A DNA stretch of 64,000 nt from positions 384,001 through 448,000 of the forward strand of contig CAVXKA010000003.1 of NCBI GenBank assembly GCA_963762255.1. The letters run 5' to 3'. A program made the position numbers and the translations under genes. Each line of letters begins with the position of its first letter. Within the stretch, counting starts at the first letter, position 1. Origin of the DNA: Candidatus Eiseniibacteriota bacterium. Lineage in GTDB: Bacteria > Eisenbacteria > RBG-16-71-46 > JABDJR01. Shown piece by piece: positions 18,974 through 28,892 of this stretch. Under the pieces are notes generated by a model. The model made no database searches and was not told the DNA's origin. It saw only the letters and a list, made by a program, of their open reading frames with translations.

Positions 18974-21900
18974 CTACGTGCCCTGATCATCGGTACCGAC
19001 GCCATCGGTCGGCGGTTCAGACCCAGCAAGGACTTCGATCGCGAACGGATTCAGTCGGACCGCCTTCGTGCAATGGGGGCAACATCCAAGGAGCCGGGCA
19101 TCCGAGAAAGCGGAATCCGGCAGGTCCAAGCATGGTGATTGACCCGGTCGGAGGGCGTCCATGTTGGATACGATGAGGGCCACCGCGGGGCTGGAGATTG
19201 CGGATTCTTGGTTACACCAGGGACAGTGGATGGAGAGTGAGCCCGTGCGCGCCGAGACCCGGGAAGCGGTGCAGATTCCGGGGCCAAGGGGGACACCCAC
19301 AAGGTCGTAAGTCGACACCTCACCGACTCTAGTCCCGCCAACTGCGCGGTTGAGACGGGCAGAGAAGGCAAGGGCCTCCCACGGCGCAGTCCCCTTCACA
19401 ACGGTCCGGGGCTGTCCGCTCTCCACGTCCCACACTCGCAGAGTCTCGTCGTCACTCCCCGACACCGCGCGGCGACCGTCCGGCGTCACGCTCACGCTCC
19501 TGACCCCCGAGCTGTGGCCTTCCAGCGTGCGCAGGCAGCGTCCGCTCTCCAGATCCCACACCCGCAGCGTCTCGTCGTCACTCCCCGACACCGCGCGCCG
19601 ACCGTCCGGCGTCACGCTCACGCTCCCGACCCCGAGCTGTGGCCTTCCAGCGTGCGCAGGCAGCGTCCGCTCTCCAGATCCCACACCCGCAGCGTCTTGT
19701 CCCAACTCCCCGATACCGCGCGCCGACCGTCCGGCGTCACGCTCACGCTCCCGACCCCGACGCTGTGGCCTTCCAGCGTGCGCAGACACCGCCCGCTCTC
19801 CAGATCCCACACCCGCAGAGTCCGTCGTCACTCCCCGACACCGCGCGGCGACCGTCCGGCGTCACGCTCACGCTCCAGACCGTCGACGCTGTGGCCTTCC
19901 AGCGTGCGCAGGCAGCGCCCGCTCTCCAGATCCCACACCCGCAGCGTCCCGTCGATCACTCCCCGACACCGCGCGGCGACCGTCCGGCGTCACGCTCACG
20001 CTCCCGACCCGCCAGCTGTGGCCTTCCAGCGTGCGCAGGCACGCGCCGCTCTCCAGGTCCCACACCCGCAGCGTCTTGTCCCAACTCCCCGACACCGCGC
20101 GGCGACCGTCCGGCGTCACGCTCACGCTCTCGACCCGCCGAGCTGTGGCCTTCCAGCGTGCGCAGGCACGCGCCCGCTCTCCAGATCCCACACCCGCAGC
20201 GTCTTGTCCCAACTCCCCGACACCGCGCGCCGACCGTCCGGCGTCACGCTCACGCTCCAGACCGTCGACGCTGTGGCCTTCCAGCGTGCGCAGGCACGCG
20301 TCCGCTCTCCAGATCCCACACCCGCAGCGTCTTGTCCCCACTCCCCGACACCGCGCGGCGACCGTCCGGCGTCACGCTCACGCTCCTGACCCCCGAGCTG
20401 TGGCCTTCCAGCGTGCGCAGGCAGCGCCCGCTCTCCAGATCCCACACCCGCAGCGTCCCGTCGTCACTCCCCGACACCGCGCGGCGACCGTCCGGCGTCA
20501 CGCTCACGCTCCCGACCCCCGAGCTGTGGCCTTCCAGCGTGCGCAGGCAGCGCCCGCTCTCCAGATCCCACACCCGCAGCGTCTTGTCCCAACTCCCCGA
20601 TACCGCGCGGCGACCGTCCGGCGTCACGCTCACGCTCCCGACCCGACCGAGCTGTGGCCTTCCAGCGTGCGCAGGCAGCGTCCGCTCTCCAGATCCCACA
20701 CCCGCAGAGTCCCGTCGTCACTCCCCGACACCGCGCGGCGACCGTCCGGCGTCACGCTCACGCTCCAGACCGTCGACGCTGTGGCCTTCCAGCGTGCGCA
20801 GGCAGCGTCCGCTCTCCAGGTCCCACACCCGCAGCGTCCCGTCGATACTCCCCGACACCGCGCGGCGACCGTCCGGCGTCACGCTCACGCTCCTGACCCG
20901 CCGAGCTGTGGCCTTCCAGCGTGCGCAGGCAGCGTCCGCTCTCCAGATCCCACACCCGCAGCGTCCCCTCGTCACTCCCCGACACCACGCGGCGACCGTC
21001 CGGCGTCACGCTCACGCTCCCGACCGTCGAGCTGTGGCCTTCCAGCGTGCGCAGCAACGCGGGCTTCGGGTTGTAGTGGATCTCAGAGGACCAGTGCTGC
21101 AGGAGCATGGGCACACCTAGGGAATAAATGGACTCAGCGACCACCGACCTCACGGGATCGCCAGGTGGACGGTTGAAGGCGTGCTGGGCCACGAACCCCG
21201 GCCACCCGCCGAACTCCAGTAGGGGGTAGCACTCCGATTCGACGAAGGACCCGAAGGCTCGCAATCGGTCGAGTCGCGTCGGGTTCTCGACGATCCGCCG
21301 GCACTCTTCCTCCAGCCGTTCATCGCTCCACGGCTCGACCGAAGGGATGATCTCCGGAAGCGGAGGCGTCTCCTCGCCCCCGTTCCACTTGCGAGCGTAG
21401 TCCACAATCTCTTGCGTCCATCGCGCTGCCCGCGCCTCATGGCGCTCCAGCTCCAGCACCTCCGCTTGCGCCTCGGGCAATGCGGCCAGGACTTGGTGAT
21501 AGTCGCGAATCAGATCGAAGATCTGGCCCGTCCGGATTCGGTCTTCGATGTAGCTCAGATCGGTCAGGAGCGTCTCCAGCTTGTCCCACTGGTGAGTCGC
21601 GATCAGGTGGGCCGGCAAGTGGGCCAGTGTGTAGGCGGATAAGTGCCTTGGCTGCGCCTCGAATTCCCGCCAGCATTGCCTGGCGAGCCGGTTCTGCCCC
21701 TCTTCCATCGACGTGGCGAAGTCGGCGCTGGCCTCGGGATCGGTCAGCCAATCGGCCAGGCTCTGGTGAAACAAGCGCCTCCCCCCGGCGTCGCCGCCCA
21801 AGAACTGCGATAGCGCGGTGAGGCCACGTTTCGTCGGGTGAGGGGCCATACCTGACGCCGCACGCAAGAAGTCGTCCGGCAGTGGCCCCGATGCCGCGAC

Positions 21901-23259
21901 CAGGCAATCCAGCAGCGGTAGCACCTCACTGTCGTAGGCGACACGGTCCTTGAATCGTTTGCGAAACATCGCATGATAGAGGCCGCCTAGTTTTCGGGGT
22001 AAGGCCCCTAGGTCGTCCAGGTCCATCCGCGTCCATGGGTCGCCTTCACCGAGTGCGTCAAGCGTCAGCCTGGCGAACAGGAAGTTGCCGTCCGCCAGTT
22101 CGGCCAACTTCGACGTCGTGCCCGCCTGGCGGGGAACCCTGCCGGACTCATAGAGTCCATCGAGCCGCCGTTTGATGTAGGCAGAAACATCGCGACGGTT
22201 CGGCTCGCCGCCGGCATCGAGATGGCGGCATTGAATGCCGTCCACTTCGAATCTCGCGAGGATGCTCCGGTCGGGCCGGCTTGTGACCACGATGCGCAAG
22301 AAGTCCGGCACGCGGGCCGCCGAATCGGCCAATAGATCCGCCAAGCCGAAGCCAATTTCGGCGACTGATTCATCCAGACCATCCACGATGAAGGTCCAGG
22401 GCTGATCCACCTGGAGCCGGTCGCGGATCTTGCGGAGCGGATCGGCAACCAATGTCCGGAAGAGCGACTCGGGGGGATCCGCCCAGTCGGGAGAGACGGG
22501 CAAGGCCTCCATCACCTCACGATAGGCCGAGAACTGGGCAGCCAGTTGATAGACCAGACCGCGAAGCCAAGAGTCAGGTCGACAAGACTCGATGATCGAG
22601 CGCGAGCAGAAATGGACGCCGCGCACATTGAGCCGCACGCTCATCTGCGCCGCCGCCGCGCTCTTGCCGAACCCTGGTTCAGCGGTAACCAGCAGCAAGC
22701 GAGAACCCGGGGCCTCCACCCACTCCTGAACTTGCTCGAAAAGCCATTCGCGGCCCGTGAAGCTGCCCCCGTGACGGGCGAGTTCTTCTTCGAAGTACCG
22801 TTGCTGCAGGTCGGCCCACCACACCTTGGATGGCCGCGCTGATCCCCAGTCTCGAAAGCCCATGCCTTTGCCGGCCGCAACTTGATCGATGGCGGCCGGA
22901 AGCTCTTTGAACGCCGTGTCGGGATCCGTGGCGGCGTCGATGTAGTTAAGGGACACCACCTGGATGGGAGGAGTCACGTCCGCGATGCGTACGGGGATGA
23001 TCAGCTTCTTGTAGGACTGCGCGAACAGGATCTCGTTTCGACAGAACCCTTCGGGGCGAAGGCTCCAGGGCGACAGTACGGCGATCAGCGCGTCGCTGTC
23101 CGTGATGCCCATCTCGATGCGGAGGTCAAACGGAGCACCGACGGGAATACCGTTCTCGACGTCGAGCCACGGTTCGTGGTTCTGCTGCCGCAGCCACTTA
23201 GCAAGCTGTCCTGCAAACGCCGTTGCGTCGTTGCGGCCGTAGCTGATGAAGATGCGCAT
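18974..23259 (-). CDS. TIR - NACHT-like NTPase - WD40 repeat NLR-like protein with C-terminal Zn-ribbon; frameshifted within the repeats
   Basis: TIR (IFISYGR..FCRNEI), FTGREWL, Walker A AEPGFGKS, Walker B FIVDGLDE, VVTSRP, LFHQSLADWL, 13 near-identical WD40 units, and a CPWC...CPHC tail. Confidence 0.88.
19413..21056 (-). repeat. Tandem array of 13 near-identical units of about 126 nt encoding WD40 repeats
   Basis: The motif gtggccttccagcgtgcgcag recurs 13 times at 125-128 nt spacing. Unit consensus: LRTLEGHSxxVxSVSVTPDGRRAVSGSxDxTLRVWDLESGRC. Confidence 0.95.
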
Positions 23260-23302
23260 CGCAGAGAGCCTCGCTTCGTGGGTCCTTCAGTCAGGCAATC
23301 TA

Positions 23303-26203
23303 CTACGACCTTGCGGAATGGGTACTGAGAGACGAACTCATGCGCGCCCACGTGATCCGGTAGCCGGCGAGCCCGACCACGTCCGGGAAGTGCAATACGG
23401 AGTCCCTGTCCTTGTCCTGGTCGGCGTCGGGCAACTCGGCGTAGGGGACAAGCGCCGGATGCCGCCTCGCGGGGTCATCGCGCTTCTTCCCGTGGCGCCA
23501 GCCGCTCCGGAGCCGCTGATCCATCCAACCGTCGTGCTCGGCCTCGGCCAGGCGCTCCAAGTGGTACTCGAGATGCTTGCGGATGGCGGCAACCGACTCA
23601 CTCGATGCCTCCTCACTAGATGCCTCGCCCCCCTCCAGACGCAGTCCCGCAAGCGCGAGGGCCGCTGGAATGCGCCGAGCAGCCGCGCGGTTGTCTTCTT
23701 TGTCTACAGAGTCGAGATCCGCGTACGGCTTGTCAAAACGGCGTGCGACCTTCTGCTGCTTGTCTCCGGACAAGATGAGGTAGTTCTTGTGGATCGCCGC
23801 CGCGAGAGCTTCTATGACATCGTCCTGGCCGAAAGGCGCGTGCTCGTCAAGGATCTTGTCGAAAGGCGGCAGGTTGACGTGCATCCCGAGCTGTGGCCGA
23901 GGCGGCAGGGATGAGCGCCGGATGGCCTGCCCTTCGTATGAAGGCTTGAGCGACTGCACAAGCTTCTCGACGGACCGTGCGCCGTGAGTGTACTTGGGCA
24001 CTCGCAGAAGCGCCGCGAGCAGCTCGGGGTCGAAATCGAGCCGAGCATCCTTCGGGACACCCAAGTGCGCTCGAATCAGCAGCGCACGACGAAGGGGCGC
24101 ACAAACGTCGTTCTTTTCGGACATCGGGTCGTCACTACCATCCACGTCAGCAAGACCTTCGCTTCTTGGGTTGGGACCGAGTACGTTGAGATAGGCATCC
24201 AGGCGACTGTGGAAGTCAGGACCCTTCTTGAGTTCGAACTTTCGCCACGCGTCCATGTCGAATCGGGTTGTACCGGGCTTTGGCGGTCCAAACTCCTCGA
24301 ATGTGTGGCTTGTGGCGCCGGCGAAAATGAAGACGCACTTCCCGACGGCGTGACTGATCTGCCCTTCCTGGAAACGCCCGTCCTGCATAGGGGCGAGGAG
24401 AAACTGCAGCCAGTCATACTCACGCGAATCGAATTCGTCCCAGAATACGACCGGAGTGGCTCCACCCAACACAGCGTCGCGGACTTGGTGGAATGCCCCA
24501 ATCAGGTCTCCCACATCCTTGAACTGCGACAGATTGAACTCCCGCCACGCTTCCTTGCCGAAGACGCTGTTGGCGAGTTGGTGCACCCCAAAGGACTTCC
24601 CCGCACCTGGCGGGCCAAAAACACCGATAGAGAGCGGCCTCTTCGCCCCACTGTCCTTCTGGTACTGAATCATCAGCCGTTCGATGCTGCGAAGCGCCTC
24701 GATCTCGAATCGGTCGGCGGTAAGGAGTTTCCCGAACCGTGCATGCGGCAATCGCGCGATGGCGGCTTCACCCCAGAGCACCGTCTGAGTTGCCAATCCC
24801 AGCAAGGACGGCAAATCAGTGGAGCCGAACCGTGATTGAGACATCTCGACGATCTGCCAGACTCTCCTCTGGTCGGGGTCCTTCGGACTCCCGGCATACG
24901 GAGCCCGTTCTTTGTCAGTCCACGGCACCGGTGTCTCCGCGAACTCGTTGCTGCCGGCCACAATGACCTCGGCCAGGCGCTTCGCTGGAAACCCCACCGG
25001 CAATTCCTCGGCAATGGGATGCGGATGCTCTGAAACGAGACCGTGACCCAGTTTCCGAAGATCTCTCATGCCACAGAGTCCGGCCTTGACGGCCGCGCTG
25101 ATCTTGGGCTTCTCCGGCCCGCGCATGATGGCTCGGACCAAGGCCGCGACCATGCAGGACATGTAGCCAAAGGCTTCACCGGGGATCGAACGAGCCCACG
25201 CACCCTCCGCGCCATCGGCATCGAAGACCAAAGTCGCATGTGGCTCCGGTCCGGTGTTGTCAAGCCAGAGAGCGCCATCAGCAGAGAATGTGACAATGAG
25301 GTGCTGGGGCCTTGATGCCATCTCCCGCAAGTTGCGGTCGGATCCCAGCGCCTTATGCAACTCCATGACCGTCCGTTCCCAGGAAAGCCCCGAACCCAAC
25401 TGAGCATGCTCCTGCCTCAGCTCATGCGCGGAGAGGACGACAATCAACTTCTTCGAGTGTTCTTCCTTCAATCGGTGCCACAGATCTCCCTGGCACACCG
25501 GGGCGCTCATCTTCAGGATAATCCACTCGGGCTGCTTCCCCGCTCCCGGGGGAAGCAACCAGCACTCCTCGGCGGCCTGATGACGAAACATGAAGCCTGC
25601 ATCGTCCAGCACAAGCACCCTTGGAGTCGCGGGTGACGGGTCATCAAGCTCCGGCGTGCAATCGGTACAGGGGCCAGTTCCGTCATCGGGGGAGGATTCG
25701 TCATGACCGTAGCCCATCAGGAGGTCCGCACGCCAGACCTGCTTCGGATTCCGGGGACTTGTCGGATCCAGAGGAAACGGCTTCCAGACCGCAAGTGCGT
25801 GATGGCCGCAGGGAGTCTTGTCCGCAGGGGGCATCTTGAGCGGGCACTCCACTTCCCACTGAGCCTCCGGTGCCGGTTTGTGGTTTGCCAGTTCGCCTCT
25901 CGCCTTTACCAGCGCCGTCTCTGCCTCGCTAATCTCCAGTTCCACTCCTCCGTTGCACCGGAGTTCCTCGAGCTTCGCCTCGGCATCCTGGACGGCCTTC
26001 TCTCTTTCCTCCTTCTCATTCCCCGCCACTTTCTTCGCACGTGCAATCGCGGCGTCGATGAGACGAGTCAGCGCCATCGCGCCCCCGGGCTCTCGGACTA
26101 CCCTCACCCCCTGCCGTTCAACGGCAGAAGCAGTGTGGCGCTTGCCTTCATAGATATGGTGATCCACTACCACGTCGCCAGTGACGAGAATCTTGTCTGT
26201 CAT
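23303..26203 (-). CDS. Ribokinase/PfkB-like N-domain + P-loop ATPase + RyR repeats
   Basis: PfkB/HldE-like start KILVTGDVVVD and PGGA; Walker motifs GPPGAGKS and VVFWDEFD; RyR motifs AEAEHDGW..GWRHG..RDD..RHPALVPYAEL..KDR. GGAGG RBS before MTDKIL. Confidence 0.8.
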   Translation of the reverse strand: MTDKILVTGDVVVDHHIYEGKRHTASAVERQGVRVVREPGGAMALTRLIDAAIARAKKVAGNEKEEREKAVQDAEAKLEELRCNGGVELEISEAETALVKARGELANHKPAPEAQWEVECPLKMPPADKTPCGHHALAVWKPFPLDPTSPRNPKQVWRADLLMGYGHDESSPDDGTGPCTDCTPELDDPSPATPRVLVLDDAGFMFRHQAAEECWLLPPGAGKQPEWIILKMSAPVCQGDLWHRLKEEHSKKLIVVLSAHELRQEHAQLGSGLSWERTVMELHKALGSDRNLREMASRPQHLIVTFSADGALWLDNTGPEPHATLVFDADGAEGAWARSIPGEAFGYMSCMVAALVRAIMRGPEKPKISAAVKAGLCGMRDLRKLGHGLVSEHPHPIAEELPVGFPAKRLAEVIVAGSNEFAETPVPWTDKERAPYAGSPKDPDQRRVWQIVEMSQSRFGSTDLPSLLGLATQTVLWGEAAIARLPHARFGKLLTADRFEIEALRSIERLMIQYQKDSGAKRPLSIGVFGPPGAGKSFGVHQLANSVFGKEAWREFNLSQFKDVGDLIGAFHQVRDAVLGGATPVVFWDEFDSREYDWLQFLLAPMQDGRFQEGQISHAVGKCVFIFAGATSHTFEEFGPPKPGTTRFDMDAWRKFELKKGPDFHSRLDAYLNVLGPNPRSEGLADVDGSDDPMSEKNDVCAPLRRALLIRAHLGVPKDARLDFDPELLAALLRVPKYTHGARSVEKLVQSLKPSYEGQAIRRSSLPPRPQLGMHVNLPPFDKILDEHAPFGQDDVIEALAAAIHKNYLILSGDKQQKVARRFDKPYADLDSVDKEDNRAAARRIPAALALAGLRLEGGEASSEEASSESVAAIRKHLEYHLERLAEAEHDGWMDQRLRSGWRHGKKRDDPARRHPALVPYAELPDADQDKDRDSVLHFPDVVGLAGYRITWARMSSSLSTHSARS

Positions 26204-26290
26204 GCGGTCACCTCCGGGGGGAATGATACCAACGCCCACCCAGCCTGTCGTGAGTCGGATTTTGAGGAATGCCGGGGCCGGAGAATCGGC

Positions 26291-26977
26291 TTACTTGGTA
26301 CCGGGCCCGGTGGAGCCCCCACCCACCACCATCCCCACCCTCTCCCCCACATCCATCATCACCATCTCGGGAAAGTCAGCATCCCGTAGGTACGCCATGA
26401 CCGATGCGACGCCAATAGACACCCCCGCCATCGCCACATGCGGGTCGGGCGAATCCGCACAGGTTCCTCCCCAGGACTCGTCATCGCCGTAGAGGGTCGA
26501 CAAGTACTCCTTCAATCCCTCCCGTCCCCGCACCGTGTGACAGCGCACCACGGTCCCCCCGATCCGAACGTCCACCAGCAGACCCAGACTGCGATCCTGC
26601 AATAGCGCCTCGGCAGCCCGCCGCCGCGATTCCATCGTATCCATCCCGAACAGCACGATCGGTCCTGAAGGCCCAACCGCGCCGTCGGGGTACTTCGCGG
26701 GGATCCCCTCGATGGCCACGCCGGGGCACACCTCGTGGATCAACCGCGGCAGCGCCTCCACCTTCAACCGCCGGCGACGCACGTCCGCAGCGCGATAGAA
26801 CTGCACCCCAAGATTTCGCGCGGGATCCAGACGGTCATGGTCGTAGACGCGAATCGACCGGATGCCGGCCATGGCAAGCGCAAGGCACGCGAATGAACCG
26901 GTGCGCCCCGCCCCGATCACACTGACACGCGCCATTTCGAGCCTGCGCTCGAACTGCGACGGTCGCTGGCGGCTCAT
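26291..26977 (-). CDS. ThiF/E1-family ubiquitin-like activating enzyme
   Basis: Motifs VSVIGAGRTGS, VYDHD, NLGVQFY, KVEAL, MDTMESR, VDVRIG and YLSTLY..ESWGGTC; no Zn-binding CxxC pairs. ATG overlaps the upstream TGA. Confidence 0.88.
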   Translation of the reverse strand: MSRQRPSQFERRLEMARVSVIGAGRTGSFACLALAMAGIRSIRVYDHDRLDPARNLGVQFYRAADVRRRRLKVEALPRLIHEVCPGVAIEGIPAKYPDGAVGPSGPIVLFGMDTMESRRRAAEALLQDRSLGLLVDVRIGGTVVRCHTVRGREGLKEYLSTLYGDDESWGGTCADSPDPHVAMAGVSIGVASVMAYLRDADFPEMVMMDVGERVGMVVGGGSTGPGTK

Positions 26978-27711
26978 GTCCCACTCCCCTGTTTTTCGCA
27001 TGGCTCCTCCGGAATCGCCTGGTATCGCACAATGCGGATGTGTCGCCGCACATGCGGCGGGATCTCGCCGAGGCGTCGCCGCACGATCGTGCACCCCACC
27101 CGCTGCGCTGCGCGCAAGACGAGCGGATGACACGGCCATGTGCCGTCGTCTGAGAACGCCACGGCGGGGCGTCCCACCGCCGCAAGCACCGCCGCCAGTG
27201 CGATCCTCTCGTCGGGCATGATGTACTCGAGCTGCCGTCGCTCTCGTTGGGATAACGCGCCGTAGATTCCCCCACCGACGCCCAGTCCGAAGGATTCAAT
27301 GCGCATCGGGTGACCAGATGCCGTCAGGAACTCGGCTCGAGAGGCAATCTCCGTGAGGCGGGCAGGCGGTGCGAGGTACGCGCGCACGCAGACGCGCTGG
27401 ACGCGCACGCCCGGATACTGTCGCTCGCGATCTAGGATCTTGAGGCCGGTCACGAACCGCGCTGGGTTCGAGCCATCCACGTCGGGCCTCTCGCACCACG
27501 TTTCGTCACCCGGCGGTGATACGAGTCGGATGGCGGTTGGCACGAATTCTTCCCAGGCCGGCCGCGCGTTCGCGTGATCCTGCAACGCGAATGCTAAAGC
27601 CGCCGCATTCCCGCCATCGGACTCCGGCTCCACCCGCACCGACGCCGCCACGAACGCCAGAAACTGCCGAAGCGCGAATACGCCGCGGTCGCCGGGAAAG
27701 TCGTTGGCCAT
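26974..27711 (-). CDS. Hypothetical protein (245 aa) in the Ubl operon
   Basis: ORF MANDFPG.. overlaps its neighbours on both sides (TGATG and ATGA), with a GGAGG RBS; no recognised motif. Confidence 0.7.
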   Translation of the reverse strand: MANDFPGDRGVFALRQFLAFVAASVRVEPESDGGNAAALAFALQDHANARPAWEEFVPTAIRLVSPPGDETWCERPDVDGSNPARFVTGLKILDRERQYPGVRVQRVCVRAYLAPPARLTEIASRAEFLTASGHPMRIESFGLGVGGGIYGALSQRERRQLEYIMPDERIALAAVLAAVGRPAVAFSDDGTWPCHPLVLRAAQRVGCTIVRRRLGEIPPHVRRHIRIVRYQAIPEEPCEKQGSGT

Positions 27712-28313
27712 CAGAGATTCCTCCGAGCCCAGGCAAGGGCCACTAGAACAAGACCGCACAGGTCGAGACGCTCGACGGCAGTTTCGAGGAGAGGGGTGGC
27801 CTCGCCTCGGCATGCGCCGTGACGGCCCGGCTGGATGAACATCGACTCCTGCCCCGCCGCAGTGGACCTGCGAATGAAGACCGGGAAGTGAGGAGCCGGT
27901 GGAAGCGGAAGACAGATCTCGAAAGCGTTTCCAGGGGCTGAGGCGCCTTCGGCCACAAGCGGGCGCACGGTCGCGGTCACCGCGGCCTCGGCCACCACCA
28001 ACCGCTCGAACGGGACTCCATCAAGCAGGACCATCAACCGATTCAGCTCCCGCCTGGCGCGAGGGAGAGGAAACCGGCGCGCGCGCTCGACGCGGCGCAT
28101 CGCGAGCGTCACATCCGCCATGTCGAGATCCCATACCTCGGGCTTCGGACCTATCTCACCGAGCAGAGGCTTGCAGCACGTGAGGAACTCGCGTTGCGCC
28201 TGAAGACCGCGAGCCGCCGCGCCGCAGAACTCCTGCAGGAACGCCGCCAGAACCTCGCGCGCTTGCTCAATCGACTCCCGGGGAGACCCCGGTTGAAGAA
28301 CCACTTCTTCCAT
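27711..28313 (-). CDS. Hypothetical protein (200 aa), possible divergent E2-like conjugating enzyme
   Basis: ORF MEEVVLQPG.. has a helical N half and a C half FEICLPLP..PVFIR..GACRGEA..LLE..DLCGLV; it lies between the Ubl and E1 genes. Confidence 0.6.
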   Translation of the reverse strand: MEEVVLQPGSPRESIEQAREVLAAFLQEFCGAAARGLQAQREFLTCCKPLLGEIGPKPEVWDLDMADVTLAMRRVERARRFPLPRARRELNRLMVLLDGVPFERLVVAEAAVTATVRPLVAEGASAPGNAFEICLPLPPAPHFPVFIRRSTAAGQESMFIQPGRHGACRGEATPLLETAVERLDLCGLVLVALAWARRNL

Positions 28314-28407
28314 GGCGTGTCGTGCGCTGGATGGACCGGCGCCGGCGGCAGCGGAAACCGCCACCGGCGCCGGTGCGCATTCCTCCCTTGTTTGTTGTGC
28401 TCGCCGA

Positions 28408-28659
28408 TCAGCCGCCGCGGATCCGCGGGACGTAGGCGAGCGTGACGTCGTGGGTGTGGTCCACCGGCTTGTCGAGCTCGGTGGGCGCACCATCCAGGAA
28501 CAGATCCCAACCCTTGTCGCGCGGCGTCGTACCGGCTGCGCGGATCAGGTCGGCCGCGGTGACCCCTTCGAGCAGATCAACGCTGGCCTCGACACCTTCA
28601 CCGAGCACCCGGACCGTCGCACGATGCGGTCGGGCACCTCGTTCGGGAAACGTCCCCAT
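28408..28659 (-). CDS. Ubiquitin-like (beta-grasp) protein ending in Gly-Gly
   Basis: 83 aa with the pattern VRVLG..VTAADLI..WDLFLDG..VTLAYVPRIRGG*; strong AGGAGG/GGAG RBS. Confidence 0.85.
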   Translation of the reverse strand: MGTFPERGARPHRATVRVLGEGVEASVDLLEGVTAADLIRAAGTTPRDKGWDLFLDGAPTELDKPVDHTHDVTLAYVPRIRGG

Positions 28660-28747
28660 ACTCCACTCCTTCCTCCTGAACGATCGGGCTCCGCGCCTTC
28701 GCGGGCGCGAAGGGCTACGGCAATGCCCGCTTGCGAGGTATGGATCC

Positions 28748-28762
28748 GCAAGAGCGATGCCA
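28748..28762 (-). promoter_or_regulatory. Sigma-54 (RpoN) -24/-12 promoter of the Ubl operon
   Basis: Minus strand reads TGGCATCGCTCTTGC, i.e. GG-N10-GC matching TGGCACG-N4-TTGC, about 90 nt upstream of the Ubl start and next to a sigma-54 activator gene. Confidence 0.75.
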
Positions 28763-28892
28763 TCGGTCGGCCGAGCGCGTGATGTGTGCGCAACACGATG
28801 CTGCGCACGTGACTCAGGCGGAGGGTGGAGGGACGGTCAGAGCTGCCGGGTTGCCTTGATCTACCCGATCTTCGGGTGAACAAGGCCGACGA

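Noticed and set aside
19413-21056. Regular repeat array as a CRISPR
   Set aside because: Units are about 126 nt, contiguous, lack unique spacers and translate to WD40 repeats; no cas genes are present.
26291-28659. ThiS/ThiF or MoaD/MoeB sulfur-carrier pair
   Set aside because: No thiamine, Moco or cysteine biosynthesis genes are adjacent, the E1 lacks the Zn-binding CxxC pairs of MoeB/ThiF, and the context is a defence island. Disfavoured, not formally excluded.
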